Positions 13,926-26,255 of a DNA stretch of 64,000 bases are shown here, piece after piece (the stretch's first letter is position 1; every line of letters begins with the position of its first letter). The stretch lies in the NCBI GenBank assembly GCA_964188305.1, contig OZ076889.1. One strand, given 5' to 3'. The notes under the pieces are model-generated. The model was not told the origin of the DNA and did not search any database. It worked only from the letters and a program-made list of their open reading frames with translations. The DNA is from Podarcis bocagei (Eukaryota). Both the position numbers and the translations under genes were made by a program.

Positions 13926-16509
13926 TGGCTGACCAATTGTGGTATAGCATTTTCCACAGCCATCTCTTCAAGAGAGTTCTGCCACAGAGCAAGACAGGAT
14001 ATCATATCTGCCTTTGGACAAGCAAATGCAGTAAAGATGTAGGCATAGTATTAGTTGCCACTCTGTGGCACATGGTAAGTCGCAAAACAGTGGCATACAT
14101 ATTACATCAAGCCAAACCACACAGTATTATAACCCCCACATTGTTGATGTCAGATGATTGACAGGTGGGTTGTCCTGCTCACCTATCTAGTCCCTTGCAC
14201 GGAACATCCCAAGTGACTGCCAGCCAGCTGGTTATCAAGCACTTGGGAATTGCAGCACAAGGGGCTGTGTCAGTCCTATGCTCAGCACTGAACGTAGGGC
14301 TTGCAAAGTGCTTTGTGCACCACTGCTCAAATGCCTGATAGTCAGCTGTCTATTGGGAGCTAGTGAAGTGCTGCACATAACGCTTTGCAAGCCCTGTGCA
14401 ATCAAGCTCCCCATGGGGAACTCAGTCGTGCAACCTATCTAGCCACATCTCTCCTTGCATCACAACTGATGTCACATATGGCATCACATGTAGGGCAGCG
14501 GGGCATTATTTCAGGAAAACAGGCCCAACAGGCTTATTTGGTCCAGAGTCCATGTTTCATTCTCTCCTCCAATAGTAAAACCACTGCAATACAAAAAGTT
14601 GTGTGTTTGGTTGGTTTTTTGTTTGTTTGTTTGTTTTTAAAAAAGCAGTCTCACACATTGGGGGCAGAGGAGATGAATTACTTGAGCATTTAGCTGTAAA
14701 TGCCCCCCCACACACACACACATTGTACATCCTGACAAAGCAATAGCTTTAAATCAGGAGCAATCACTTTTACGCGTTCCCACAGTGGCTTAGGCCAAAC
14801 AGCACCAGGTTCATGCTACTCAGTGAGTACTGCATAATACTTTACCTGGGCAATGAGTGAGCACACATCTGTTTACTAGAGCCCACAATACTGTTAAACT
14901 AATTGCAGTGCCAAGCCCCAAGGCACCATGAAGACAGCCTTACTACAGCCACACACGCCCCTCTGAAGGAGGGGGAGAACTGTGTCTCTTTCATTCAGCA
15001 GGGGTGACTCTGAGAAGCATGACATGCATGATTACCCTTCAGATCAGGGGAACAGTGGCTTAACTGCATGAGAAACGGCTGTTATTCAGGTAATGGATTT
15101 ACAGTGCTCACTACTAAAGTATCAGACACAGCAATTTTTTACAGCTTTCACGCTGGAATTTACAACTTAGACGAGAGGCGATCTCCGTATGAGTCTGGGC
15201 TCATTGCCTTATTTAGTATCTGAGGTTACTAAAGTTTCCTCTTAAGTTTGTTTTGAAAGGTAAATTGTAAGCACTTAAATCCATACACAAACACATGCAA
15301 ATGCTACATAAAAATTATATGCACATATATGCCTAAGAAATGGACACAAAAAAACCCCTGTAGTGCATGTGTTCCTATTTTCCTTTACACGCAGCACATT
15401 TAGAAAGACCACCAAAACAGAGCTGAACTGTGTGAGCATGGGCAAACACACAGTATGCCAAAGGGGAACTCTGGCATGTACTCTTTGTTACCTCCAAATA
15501 CCTGGCCAAGCAGGGTAGCTAGTGCTTCTAATTTGGGACTACTTAATCCCTGATTTGAAGGAAAGACAGCAAATATGTGGAGTACCTTCACAATGTGGCA
15601 CCCATGTGTGTATTTGAGTCAGCTCCAAAGGGTAACACTGCTGTGAGCATACAAGATCACCTTTAGGACTTTGTGTGAGCAGAAAGAATCCACAGTGACA
15701 TGGTAACAATTGTTACGGCTGGTCAGTTTTCAAGGCAGGTGACAGTGCAGTGTTTGTAAGATGTGATTCATTGGGCTGCCCCAAAAGCCTGCTAGTACTA
15801 CACAATGCCAGCACTACACTGGCTTACTTGCAAAGCTGGAGATAGAAAAAAACACATGAACAGTATCAGTAAAGTATGTACACAACTGAAGAAGGATGGT
15901 TCATACTCAGAGGAGCACCTTCCAATAGGGTTGGCCACAAGATTAAGTATGCTTGCAGTTACAAGTGGACATACAAACAGCCATGAGCCAATCTGTTCAC
16001 ATGACTCTAAGAATATCCTGCCACTGAATGGGGAGTGTGGGGTACAGAGAAAAAGAAGCAGAGTGTGAACACACAAGGATCCGTCATAAACTAAGTCAAA
16101 CATTTTGGTAAAAGTAAGCTGGAATGCTAATTTAAGGTATGCACATACCTAGGCATAAATGCTAATCCTAAAGAAGTCACATCTGTGAAAAAGTCACTTC
16201 CATGAAAAAATATTCATTCCAATCAGAATTTTATGGAAGTAGGTTTTATGAAGGCAAGATTACTAAATGTGGCTAAGAACTGACAGCAGAAGACTATCCA
16301 CAACCCCTCCCACCAATTAACCTACCCTATTCATGGCTTATTATCTTTCCACTGCCCTTTTTCTGCATTCTACTATACCACATAGTAGTATAAAGATCAA
16401 GGAAAAGATTTGGGATCCGTTTTAGATCAACCTGTTCCTAACAGGTTGAGAGAAGCACTCAAAAGGTAGGTAAGCAAGAGAGTGTCTGGAAGAATCAAAT
16501 CCTCAGTAC

Positions 16510-16692
16510 CTGCTGCTGCTGAAAATGCAAGAGTTCCACTGGGCTCATTTCTCCATTGGTTTCTCCACTGGCTCCTCCTTCTCTTCCACATCCACCACCG
16601 CCTCCTCCATCAGTTGGATTGTTTAGGCTGCTGACCCCATTCTGACTGGAGGGAGTAGAACGTATTGTCTCCGAGGCAGATTCAACCATCAT
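16510..16692 (-). CDS. FOXP4: Forkhead box protein P4, first coding exon (61 codons, phase-0 donor)
   Basis: Translation [23 protein letters not shown]...[16 protein letters not shown] matches my recall of the vertebrate FOXP4 N-terminus ([19 protein letters not shown]...[16 protein letters not shown]). Donor CAG|GTACTG at 16510/16509. The ORF-track tail VLRI is intronic read-through. Confidence 0.96.
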
Positions 16693-16708
16693 GACTTGCT
16701 AGCAGCAC
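16693..16708 (-). other. FOXP4: 5' UTR part of FOXP4 exon 2 (16 nt) and its splice acceptor
   Basis: Minus strand reads TGCTTTGCTTGTGCAG|GTGCTGCTAGCAAGTC-ATG, a canonical acceptor with AG at 16710-16709. Confidence 0.85.
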
Positions 16709-18107
16709 CTGCACAAGCAAAGCAGTCTATTACAAGAGCATAAATTTCAGCTGAAGCTACTATCTATGCTATACTGGAAGGCATCACTCTGCACAATGTT
16801 GTTCACACTGCAACAGCGTTCAGTTGTCCCATTTTATGACAAGGAATTTCATTAGTGCAAGAAGTTTCTGAGCTCTGAACGCAGTACTGCGCCTAGGATT
16901 CAGATTAAAACTGCAGAGTGGAAGGAAAGGAGGACCCTTTTCTGCCTCCCCACTTCTAGGTACAGGAGAAGAGACCCTCTTAAGAATATTAGGGGGGTGG
17001 ACACGGGAAGGACTAGACAATGTGAAAAATAAACATAATATTCTAGCTGCAGTTCATTCATTTTCAGATTCAGTTGTTTCGCCCATAACCTCAGTTTAAG
17101 GTGCCATTTAGCGCCTAGCTTTCATATCAGTTTCAAACACTGCACTGCAATGACCTAAGCACGACAGACTCCTCCCCATCCCAGATGTATAAATGCCCCA
17201 AGACATCCAGAAAGCAGGAACCAATGGGACATTTGCCAGAGAACAGCTGTGCCCACAAAGTTGTTTAGTACAGCAACGTCTTCAGTACACACACTAACAT
17301 GTCCTCTTTTTTACCAAGTGAAACTCTCATAGAAATTAAAATAGCTTAGCTGCTAGGAGTCGTTTTCATAACACACTTGCTCTGGGCCTGCTCCAATGCC
17401 TAGAATTTGGAGAAGCTCCTTACTTAGTAGAAACCGGTAGAAGAAGAAGAAGAAAAGAATCCCTCATACAGAGTTTAGAAGTCAAAAGCATCACAGGAGG
17501 CCTAGGAGAAAGTATATCTGTCACCTACCTGAAACATTGTGAGAAACAGGCACTTCCATGACTGCTTCCAATGACATGCCTCAATTGGGGGGGGGCTGAA
17601 GCCCAGTTCAACAGGTTCACTCACACAACATGAGATCTAGTAAATGAACCACTGACTATATTTTTGTTGTTGTGATCATATTATGGATTATGATGCCTTG
17701 CATGGCCTAGTGAATAAAGTCCGCTAGAGTAAACCTCTGAAGATAAAATGTGGTTTCTGCACTCTAAATGGGCGTATCAGCATAATGATTTCAAAAGAAA
17801 ATGATGGCGCAACAAAGGACTTCCCACATGAGTTGATGGAGTTGGCAATTTAATATTTCCAAGTCTCCTACCTAGCCATGCAGTCAGCACAAACACATCT
17901 GGATAAACTAAGATTTCATAAGAAAAGCAGGAGGTACTTCAGGAAATGTTTGCCTTTGAAAAGACCCTTGCCCCCCATCTTCCACAAAATGCTGCTAAAA
18001 ACCAAAGCATTTCTTCACCTTAACATGTAAATTGCAATGAATATGAAAGTTTTCAATTTCTATAGTTTGTTTTCGTGGTGATTACATCAACATAAAACCT
18101 GTTAAAC

Positions 18108-18247
18108 CAGGGGTGGGGAGCCTCTGATCCTCCAGATGTGTTTGGACTACAATGCCCACCACAGCTAACCACTGACCATGATGCCGTGGGCTGACTGGAG
18201 AAGGAGTCTAACAACACATGGAGGGTCACAGCATAAGGCAATCACTG
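18108..18247. mobile_element. Degenerate hAT-like MITE
   Basis: Starts CAGGGGTGGGGAGCC and contains CCTCCAGATGTGTTTGGACTAC ... AGTCTAACAACACATGGAGG in inverted arrangement. Confidence 0.6.
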
Positions 18248-18737
18248 CACATTTTAACAGCTACTCAATACATAAGTGAATGGTAGGTTGCCAATCCCTG
18301 CAAGTTTGGGCTGAAGAGTTAACAAATACCAGGGCAGCATATGCTAATATTTCCATTTTATTGTTAATAAATAGAAGGCAGCTTTCCTTTTTCAAAGAGT
18401 AGCACTTTACTCCAATCTTAAGTTCATCATAACATAACTTTTGTACACTTTAGTGGGAAGCATATTCCTGCTGTTTGCTCTGTTTTGTTCCAAGGCTCAA
18501 AAAGAGTAGCAGCTATGCTGTGTGTTTTCATTTCAACATGTACCAATACCCCACTTTTCCTTTCAGAAGGAAGCCCAAATAAACAGCATACAAAAACAAG
18601 TATCAGAAGACAACCAAGCAATATGAAAACAAGCTACAATAAGCCTGCAGAGCGCTGATTCAATGCCTAAAAGAAAGCCAATTAATAAACTCGACCCCGC
18701 AAAATAAACAAAACAATGGGTTAATAAAACACAAACA

Positions 18738-18827
18738 AAATAAAAAAATTCCTTCCTGTAGCACCTTAAAGACCAACTAAGTTAGTTCTTGGTATAAGCT
18801 TTCGTGTGCATGCACACTTCTTCAGAT
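18738..18827 (-). mobile_element. Penelope-like element (PLE) pLTR micro-insertion
   Basis: Same sequence family as 29942-30036 and 46165-46341, and resembles reptilian PLE termini (...GAAAGCTTATACCAAGAAC...TAAGGTGCTAC). 9-bp TSD ACACAAACA at 18729-18737 and 18828-18836. Confidence 0.8.
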
Positions 18828-18829
18828 AC
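18792..18829 (-). ncRNA. Minimal type I hammerhead ribozyme motif (PLE-associated)
   Basis: Minus strand GUAU-CUGAAGA-A-GUGUGCAUGCACAC-GAAAGCUU-AUAC contains the CUGANGA box, palindromic stem II, GAAA box, palindromic AGCU helix III and a GUAU/AUAC stem I. Confidence 0.75.
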
Positions 18830-20468
18830 ACAAACATTAGTCAAAACTGAAGCAGCCAATATACTAGGAATTGGGACATACCATTAAAAGGGGGCAAATC
18901 CACCCTAGAGACAGGAGAAACCAAGAAAACCACCACACACAATAGCAGCAAAGAATACCAAGAGCCACAATACCCCCAAAACCTCTCATGTAAAACCTCT
19001 CTCACTGCAGGTTACTATTCCCTTGCATTATATGAGTATGGGTGACACGGTTTTTAAGCATCCAAAGGAAAACAAACAGCAATGTGAAATTGAATTACTG
19101 CTGCTCAAGTGCAAAGTGTACAGTAGCAAGAGCACATACTGCAGTAAACCAGCAGGCATCAGGAAAGCATCCATAGCAAACTAAAGCCAGGTCTATTTTG
19201 AAAATCCAGCCCTGACTTCAAAGAAGCCGCCAGATAGGCAAAGCAAGGAACTAGTAGAGAGCAGCTCTGCTTTTAAACCCACCTTATAGTCAAAGGCGAC
19301 TTTCCACATTTTTACCATAGATGGGAGTGGGTATGCAAGGCTGGACAAATTACCATCCTGAAAAATCGTGTGCCCATATGTCTAAATTTGAAATTAGCAC
19401 CACCGGAATGATAGTGGGAGAAGCAATACAGCAGACCCAGCTGTTTGTTCCACTTTGTTTTTGAAACCTTTAAAGCTTGTCAGTTAAAGTTTCTTTCCTC
19501 TTTAAAATGAAAAAAAAGGGGGGGATACAAAGAAGCTGTCTCTGCTTCTTCAACTGGTCTTCAACTGCTGGGTCTGGACTCACTACAGGTCATGTCCTGC
19601 TCTAAGGTGGGTTGCAGCAGCCACAGTACCACCATACAAATACATGGTTAAAAAAGGAAAGGAAGAAATGTTTGGGCTAAAAGGTGGGTCATCAGTTCAG
19701 AAAAGACTACCGATGTGGAGGGGTTTTTGTTCCAGTCTCAGAAACTAACGAAGAAAAACCAAACAACTAAGAACGTAGTGGTCCTAAAGGACTCTTGGGA
19801 AGAAGTAATTTCTATCCCAAGCACATGCATCTATCAAGAACCCTCCATTAAAGAAAATGCCGCTGTGAGTGGGATAAAAACTATGGGGAATCACATACAC
19901 ACAATCACACACACAAAAGTAAACAATACTTTCTGAGGTTCAAACATGGGGAAGGGAGAATAGGGGAGGTTAATCCTCCCCCACCCATACTCACTATTAG
20001 GGAGAGTTCAGAGGCAATATTGATTTCTTCCCATTCATGTTCCTATAACCTGTAAGGTATTTTGCCACTTGTGCAGCTTAAATAATCCTGTAGGGGTAAT
20101 ATGGATCAGAGGACTTTCCTTTTCCATCCCAAAGGAAACCTGTAAATAGTGATGGCAGTAGACCTCGTAACAACTTTAAGGAGCCCATAGGGAAAACTGG
20201 GGTCTGTATTCTACCCTTATACGGCCAGGATTCCATAGCAATATGCATTCATATGATCTTCTCATTTTCCTTTTAAGCACACTCTTTTTCTCAGTACCTG
20301 GGTTGCTCTGCTGATATACTCTAAATAGAATTAAGTATGGTAAGTTCTGGACTTTAATATTTTGTAAGTCTCTATGCATTGAGTTTGTAAAAAGCGAAAA
20401 ACTCAGAACTACAAGGAGGAAGACAAAGATTATGTCATCCTACAGAGCTGGGCAAGAATTAGTTGACA

Positions 20469-20469
<1 letters not shown>

Positions 20470-20527
<58 letters not shown>

Positions 20528-20528
20528 C
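20470..20528. repeat. Compound (CA)n(GA)n microsatellite
   Basis: Seen directly in the sequence. Confidence 0.97.
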
Positions 20529-21624
20529 TTATTGACAAAAGGAAGAAAAAGAGGAGTTGAAAAAAGTCAGTTTTTTATTCTTCATACATTCAAAATCATC
20601 ACTTCTGACTGAATTTATTTAGAGTAACTATTTCCCCTAGCTGTACGCACAATCAGTAACATGTCCAGTGAGAGATGCTCTAGATTACTTACTTAGTAAA
20701 TTGCCTGGTACACTGACAGCAGGAATTATTTGCAGTGAGGTTTGGCACTGGATAGGCCCAGCAGCTGGTATCTGCTTGACTTTAATAAAATGCTAGATTT
20801 TTTTGCAGGGCAGGAGGGGATTCTTATAGAAAATTCTTTTTGGAAGACGGAAAAAGGTTCCTTTTTCTAAATTTCTCATTTGAGATAGTTAAGAACGCAC
20901 TATTGTCATGTTTTCAAGCTTTTCTCTGCAACCAGAAAAGCTAGGAGTTTGTTTTAAACATAAAGTGAAAGAAGATTCTAATAATGACTCACGTTACTTT
21001 AGCAGTATACTACAAATAGTTATATCAGCGTAAAGGAGGAAATACCAATTATCTTAAACTGGTAACACCAATTCTGTTAGATCAATGGGCAGAGTTTTGC
21101 TATCCCAATTCTATATGGCAGTGCCATTTCACCTTAATAAATCTATCTACAATTGACGTAAGACTAAAACAAAATGGCTAAAATGCAACAGACACACTAG
21201 GGTGTCTTGTTTTAATTTTGTCTCTTGATAAAGAAAACAAGCTGCGAAGCCAGCAAAGAAGTGAAGAAGAAGAAAGACATTAACTGGGACTGATCAGAGA
21301 AGCGGTCAGCAAGTTTGAAAGCAGAAGAGGGGCAGCAAAAAAGGGATATTTCTTTTTTCTACCTTTTCTTTCCTATGCGTGGTTCCCCCTCCCTTTTTTT
21401 GGCACGATAGACCGACAAACTGGGAACAACATAATTGCTGAAATGTGGCGTGTAATAATAGCTATTCAGAAGCTGATCATTCATATTAAACAGGGTGAAG
21501 CAAGCTTCTCATTTGCATGTTTGAGATTATATGCATTTCAAAAGTCATTTCCGCAGGGTGTATGAATGACATTAATTCCCATGTGGAGTTGTCGACTCTC
21601 TCCTGTAGTCCCTCACACTATCAA

Positions 21625-21625
<1 letters not shown>

Positions 21626-21673
<48 letters not shown>
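21626..21673. repeat. (CA)n microsatellite
   Basis: Seen directly in the sequence. Confidence 0.97.
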
Positions 21674-21677
<4 letters not shown>

Positions 21678-22624
21678 ATGACATACTTGTAGCTGCAGGA
21701 GAATTCAAGGGCACAGAGATTACTGCATTTTTGGTTTTGTTGAAAATATACATGTTTCAGGCTAGTGATACTAGGACACAGGATAGTAGGGCACTGGAGA
21801 AACAGCATTCTGAGACAAAGGCTGTTGAACTTGGACTGTGGGAGTTGCAAAGTTAGCAGGAAAGATGATGAACATTTTGCAAGCAAAACAGAGATACAAT
21901 TCAGCTTTTAGTCACATGCTAACTATACAAAGCTGCTGACAGTGCTTTCCAACCTGCATCTTCCTACTTCACAGGGACACAAACTCTATTTTCAGCAAAT
22001 AAGTTGTTCAAAATGTGAAAAAGAACTTGGTTTTCAAAATCTCAACCACACTTTAAAAAAAAAAGTAATCCTAGCTGTACACATTATCAGTATTACCTAC
22101 ATTGTGAGTGTTGCTCAGACCTTCATAGTCCAATAGGATTCCTTTCCCCTTCCCTTTTTATATTCCTGCAATATTTTCTTTCAATTTATCAACTCCCTCC
22201 ATCAAATCAGTGCCTCTGAAGCTTTTTTATTCTGTAGAAAAATTATACCCTGCATTTTCATTCCACAAAAGGAGTTGCTTGAAATGGCTTATAAAAATAA
22301 AAGTAAGAATAAATTCCTAATTAAACCATAAAAACACAAAGTTATGAAGCTAAAAACAGCATCTAAAGCAAACATAAAGAGCAGCACAACCATAAAAGCA
22401 GCTACAGAATCTTGTTTCAAAAAGAACATTTCAATCACTGGTGGGCAAAAAGTATGATTGTATATTGTTTTGTTTCAATTTATAAATACGGTGTGAGCAC
22501 ATGTGAAGGCCGTTAATACGAACACCAGAAGCTGCTGTATAGCAAATCATCATGCAAACCTCCCTGCAACCTCACACCCTCCTCCTCCTGGTAAGCAAGA
22601 GACCCATCTGCCAGAATGGTAGCA

Positions 22625-22815
22625 TAGAAGCTGCACTCCACTAGGCAAGTCACTTCTGCCATTCCATTGGCGCATCTAGCTCAGCATTGTCTCCACTGAC
22701 TGGCAGTAGCTGTCCAGGGTTTAAGACAAGAGTATTTCCCAGCATCACCTAGTAATTCTGGTAACTGACTTCCTGCAATCAATACATGTGCTCTGCCACT
22801 GAACTATAGCCTCTC
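22625..22815 (-). mobile_element. tRNA-derived SINE (same family as 24207-24430), degraded
   Basis: CATCTAGCTCAGCATTGTCTCCACTGACTGGCAG...TCCAGGGTTT is the reverse complement of the body of the 24207 copy. Confidence 0.7.
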
Positions 22816-23120
22816 CCTCTTTATCCAAGGATAAAAACATTTAGAACTAAAAGCGGGAGAGCCATTTTAAAATCACATGAACGTTTTCGCCAGCATAGGC
22901 TTTGCTATTACAAGCGTGGGAACACAAAAGTAGATTTTAATCTTATACATGACGCATAGAAACAACATGAATCCATCTCCTTCAACTTGCCATTCCCCTC
23001 CATTACATCTTTGTTCAGCAGGCAATCCTAGCCACTTAAAGAAAAAAGACAGAGAAAAAACATGCAGCTTGCTCCAAAACGTCATGAGTTTGTATAACTG
23101 GTCAGGAGGCAAGGTGGAGT

Positions 23121-23258
23121 AGAACCACAGAATTCTAGAGTTGGAAAGGTCGCTGAGGATCATGTAGACCAACACCCCGCAACGCAGAAATATGCAGCAG
23201 TCCCAAACAGGGATTGAACCTACAAACTTGTCATTATCAGCACTGCGCTCTAACCAGA
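23121..23258 (-). mobile_element. SINE with tRNA-Ile-like head and CR1-derived 3' tail
   Basis: Minus strand TGGTTAGAGCGCAGTGCTGATAATGACAAG...GGTTCAATCCC (tRNA-Ile-like, with B box) is fused to the CR1 tail CCTTTCCAACTCTAGAATTCT. Confidence 0.75.
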
Positions 23259-24206
23259 TCCATTTTGTTTACCTACAGTTCTTTTCTAGCTTTTCTCCAG
23301 AGCTTAGGTACACTTAAATCAAACCAATTATAATAGGTCAACTGTACATATTAGTTTTATAGGTGCAGATAATGTTTGCAGATGAAAAAAAACGTAACAG
23401 AAAACATGCTACATGAATCATGCAGTTATGAATTGTGTTTATCTGCACCACGATACTTCGTATACAGAAGGGAGTATCTCTTCCAAGAGAGCACTTGCCA
23501 TGAAAAAAGTATACATTATCTAACTGACTGATTGTATGCTTGAAAGTTTATACTGTATTGTATTTTATGTTGCCTAGCGGTTTGCTGCATGAAGTGACTG
23601 ATAAATATTTTAAAAATAGAAACAAAGTAGTCCTTTCTTCCTCAAAAGTATTCATCCACCCATACATACACGCAGTTAGCAGATTCAAATGCATACCATC
23701 AACTAACATTTTATTGGGCAACACATGATGTGTTACAGGTGCTGTGATACAGTATGGTTCCTGCTTTCTCTTGTCTGGTTCCTATGCTCGTCTGACAATA
23801 TTTGAATGAAGAGCAAACTTGGGATGGTTTAAAATGGTTTACTTCTCCCTCTACCCACATCAACAGCATTTATATGAGTACATATAGAGAACAAGGCAAG
23901 GTACTTTTAGTGCCATGTATGAAAATGCCTTAACCCTGGGATCCTCGTGTGATGGTTTGGGAAGGCAGCATGGTTGGTAGTGGTGTCCAGTTAGACCACC
24001 ATCAAGAAAAAAAATTCGAAACAACTGCTGCAGAACAAAATCTTTATCTCTTCCCATTGATGCCCCAAGCAAATGCACTGGGTACTCATTTAATCCTAGT
24101 CCTGCCTGTCTGAAAACTGCTATTGTGGTAGACGGAAAAAGAAAACAAGCCGGATGCACTGAGAAATCCCAAACACACCAAGAACATGAAGAAATACTAT
24201 AGATTT

Positions 24207-24430
24207 GGGAAGGGACCACAGTTCAGCGGTAGAACACATGCTATGTGTGCAGAAGGTCCTAGGCAGAATCCCTGACATCTCCTGGTTTGGCTTGGTTTTT
24301 AAAGGGATCGGGTAGCAGGTGATGTGAAAGACCTCGGCCTGAGACTCTGGAGAGCCACTGCCAGTCAACAGACAATATTGAGCTAGATGGATAAATAGTC
24401 TGAGCTAGTATAAGTCAACTTCCTATGTCC
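24207..24430 (+). mobile_element. tRNA-derived squamate SINE with LINE-like tail
   Basis: Head AGTTCAGCGGTAGAACACATGC...CAGAAGGTCCTAGG; body GAGAGCCACTGCCAGTC...GAGCTAGATGG; tail CTTCCTATGTCC. Multiple copies in the window. Confidence 0.8.
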
Positions 24431-26169
24431 CCATCTATCACAGAGGGCGATACATGGTTGCATAAGTCTTCAAAGCTCCAACCCACTATGATATGGGAGG
24501 ACAGTTTCATGATGAGATAAAGTATTTTAAAGTTAAACAGGTTCATGTTCCAAATATGTTTTCACATATTTTAGTAATGAATATTCAAGAGCCTACAGTT
24601 TATAGGGACTTCTAAGCATTTTAGGAAAGCAGTTGTTCCCGTACTGGCCACAGAAATACTGGAATATAAGAGTATTTATTCTCCCCCATAGGTGTTTATC
24701 TGCACCACGTACAACCCTTGCACTGAACATGTTCATTGAAGCTCCAGTGGGCTAAACACTATATTGAACTTTAAAGTTCAACTGTCACCAGCCATGCCAG
24801 AAAGTGGCTAAGCATTTCTGTAATCTGAAGAACAGTAACATTCCAAAATGAGCCCATGCCACATGACACCCAGACATTCCTGTGATCCACAACTTGTACA
24901 CCAGGTGTGTATGATATAGGCAAGTGATACAATTTTACCAAAATCAAACTCCCACCAGTTTGCAAAACTATCAACATTCCCAACATTTCCTTGGTGGGGT
25001 GGGGTGGTTTTTTGTGTGTGCCCTTTTTACTGTTTTCCCCACTTTTAATCTTAATTCTCAAACTTTCGCTGCATGGGCGGCGGTGTTTGAGAGAAATAGA
25101 TAGAATCAATTTTCATCCAAACCAGTGGGGGGGGGGGTTGTTCCTAGTTAAGTGAGAGTTTACTCCACAAAGTGTTAGGGACAAAATGCTGTTTACAGTT
25201 TTAGAGGACTATGTCAGATAGTTAACCCTCTACTGATATATGCCGGCAACTTTTTAAAAAATGCAGCTAGAATAAGCAAGGGAAAGAGCAGTCATATTCC
25301 CACATCTGAGGTTTGCCAATAAAAACTTGACATGCAACCCTAAAAGTGGTTCTAAACCCAGGGAAGTGTAACGAACCCTCAAGTTATGACTTTTTAACAC
25401 ACAATGATTTGGAAAAAGTTTTAAATTATGGCTTTTAAAGACATTAGGTTCCCAGTGCTATTTGGACAACTATAGCACCCAGAAGGCTCAGTAAGGCCTG
25501 TGTCTCTTCCCCAAAGGGCTGCTTTGCGGGCTATAGTTTAAGAGCATACATCACAGAGCATGCAGCTTGACTGACACATTTTAAATAGATGCATGCAGCG
25601 GCGTGACAGATGTGATTGAACAAGATGTGTACACTTTGAGCCTACATATTATTACTACACTTATAGCTCACTTTTCTTCCACAGAGCTCAAAATGGCATA
25701 TCAATAGCACCTCCAGACTGTCAGCATTTTGCACGAAGGAGTCAAGCACATACCAAGAAATTTAGGTTTGTGCAATTAAAGTGGATTAAAGTGCTTTATC
25801 ATCCCACCACAACAAATCCACTTTAAAAAAGAAACTGACTTTTGTGGTTAGGGAAGTGACAGGGAAATGCATTGAAAAGTGTGACATGAACAAATGGTCA
25901 CTGCAAAGACGTATGAATACACCACAAGCAAATCAGGATGAATGCTCATTGTTGTATGACCTCCCCACAAACAAATCAGAACCCCCAGGTACAACGTAAC
26001 TCCTGTGAAAGCAAATCAGGATGAATGATCAATAAATAGGTTGTCTAGAAGACCCCAAAGAATTCCCAGATAGTATCCCTAATTTACATGCTAAGAATAC
26101 CCAGGCCTGCTTCAAGGCAACAAGTCTGTTGAATCACATGCCTTCAGACCACAACCCTGGCTACAGCCT

Positions 26170-26255
26170 CATAAGAACATAAGAGCTTGTTGGATCAGGC
26201 CCATCTAGTCCTGTATCCTGTACTCTCACAGTGGCCAACCAATGTCTGTGGGAAA
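26170..26255 (-). mobile_element. LINE (CR1/L2-group) 3'-end fragment
   Basis: CATAAGAACATAAGAGC...GGATCAGGCCCATCTAGTCC is a reversed (TTCTTATG)n tail. Confidence 0.7.

Noticed and set aside
1-16509. Next FOXP4 coding exon (expected ALQVARQ...)
   Set aside because: I found no matching sequence by eye. It probably lies beyond the left edge, though I could have missed it without a search tool.
23195-23258. tRNA-Ile gene
   Set aside because: The 5' acceptor stem is missing, the sequence is mutated, and it is fused to a CR1 tail, so it is a SINE head.
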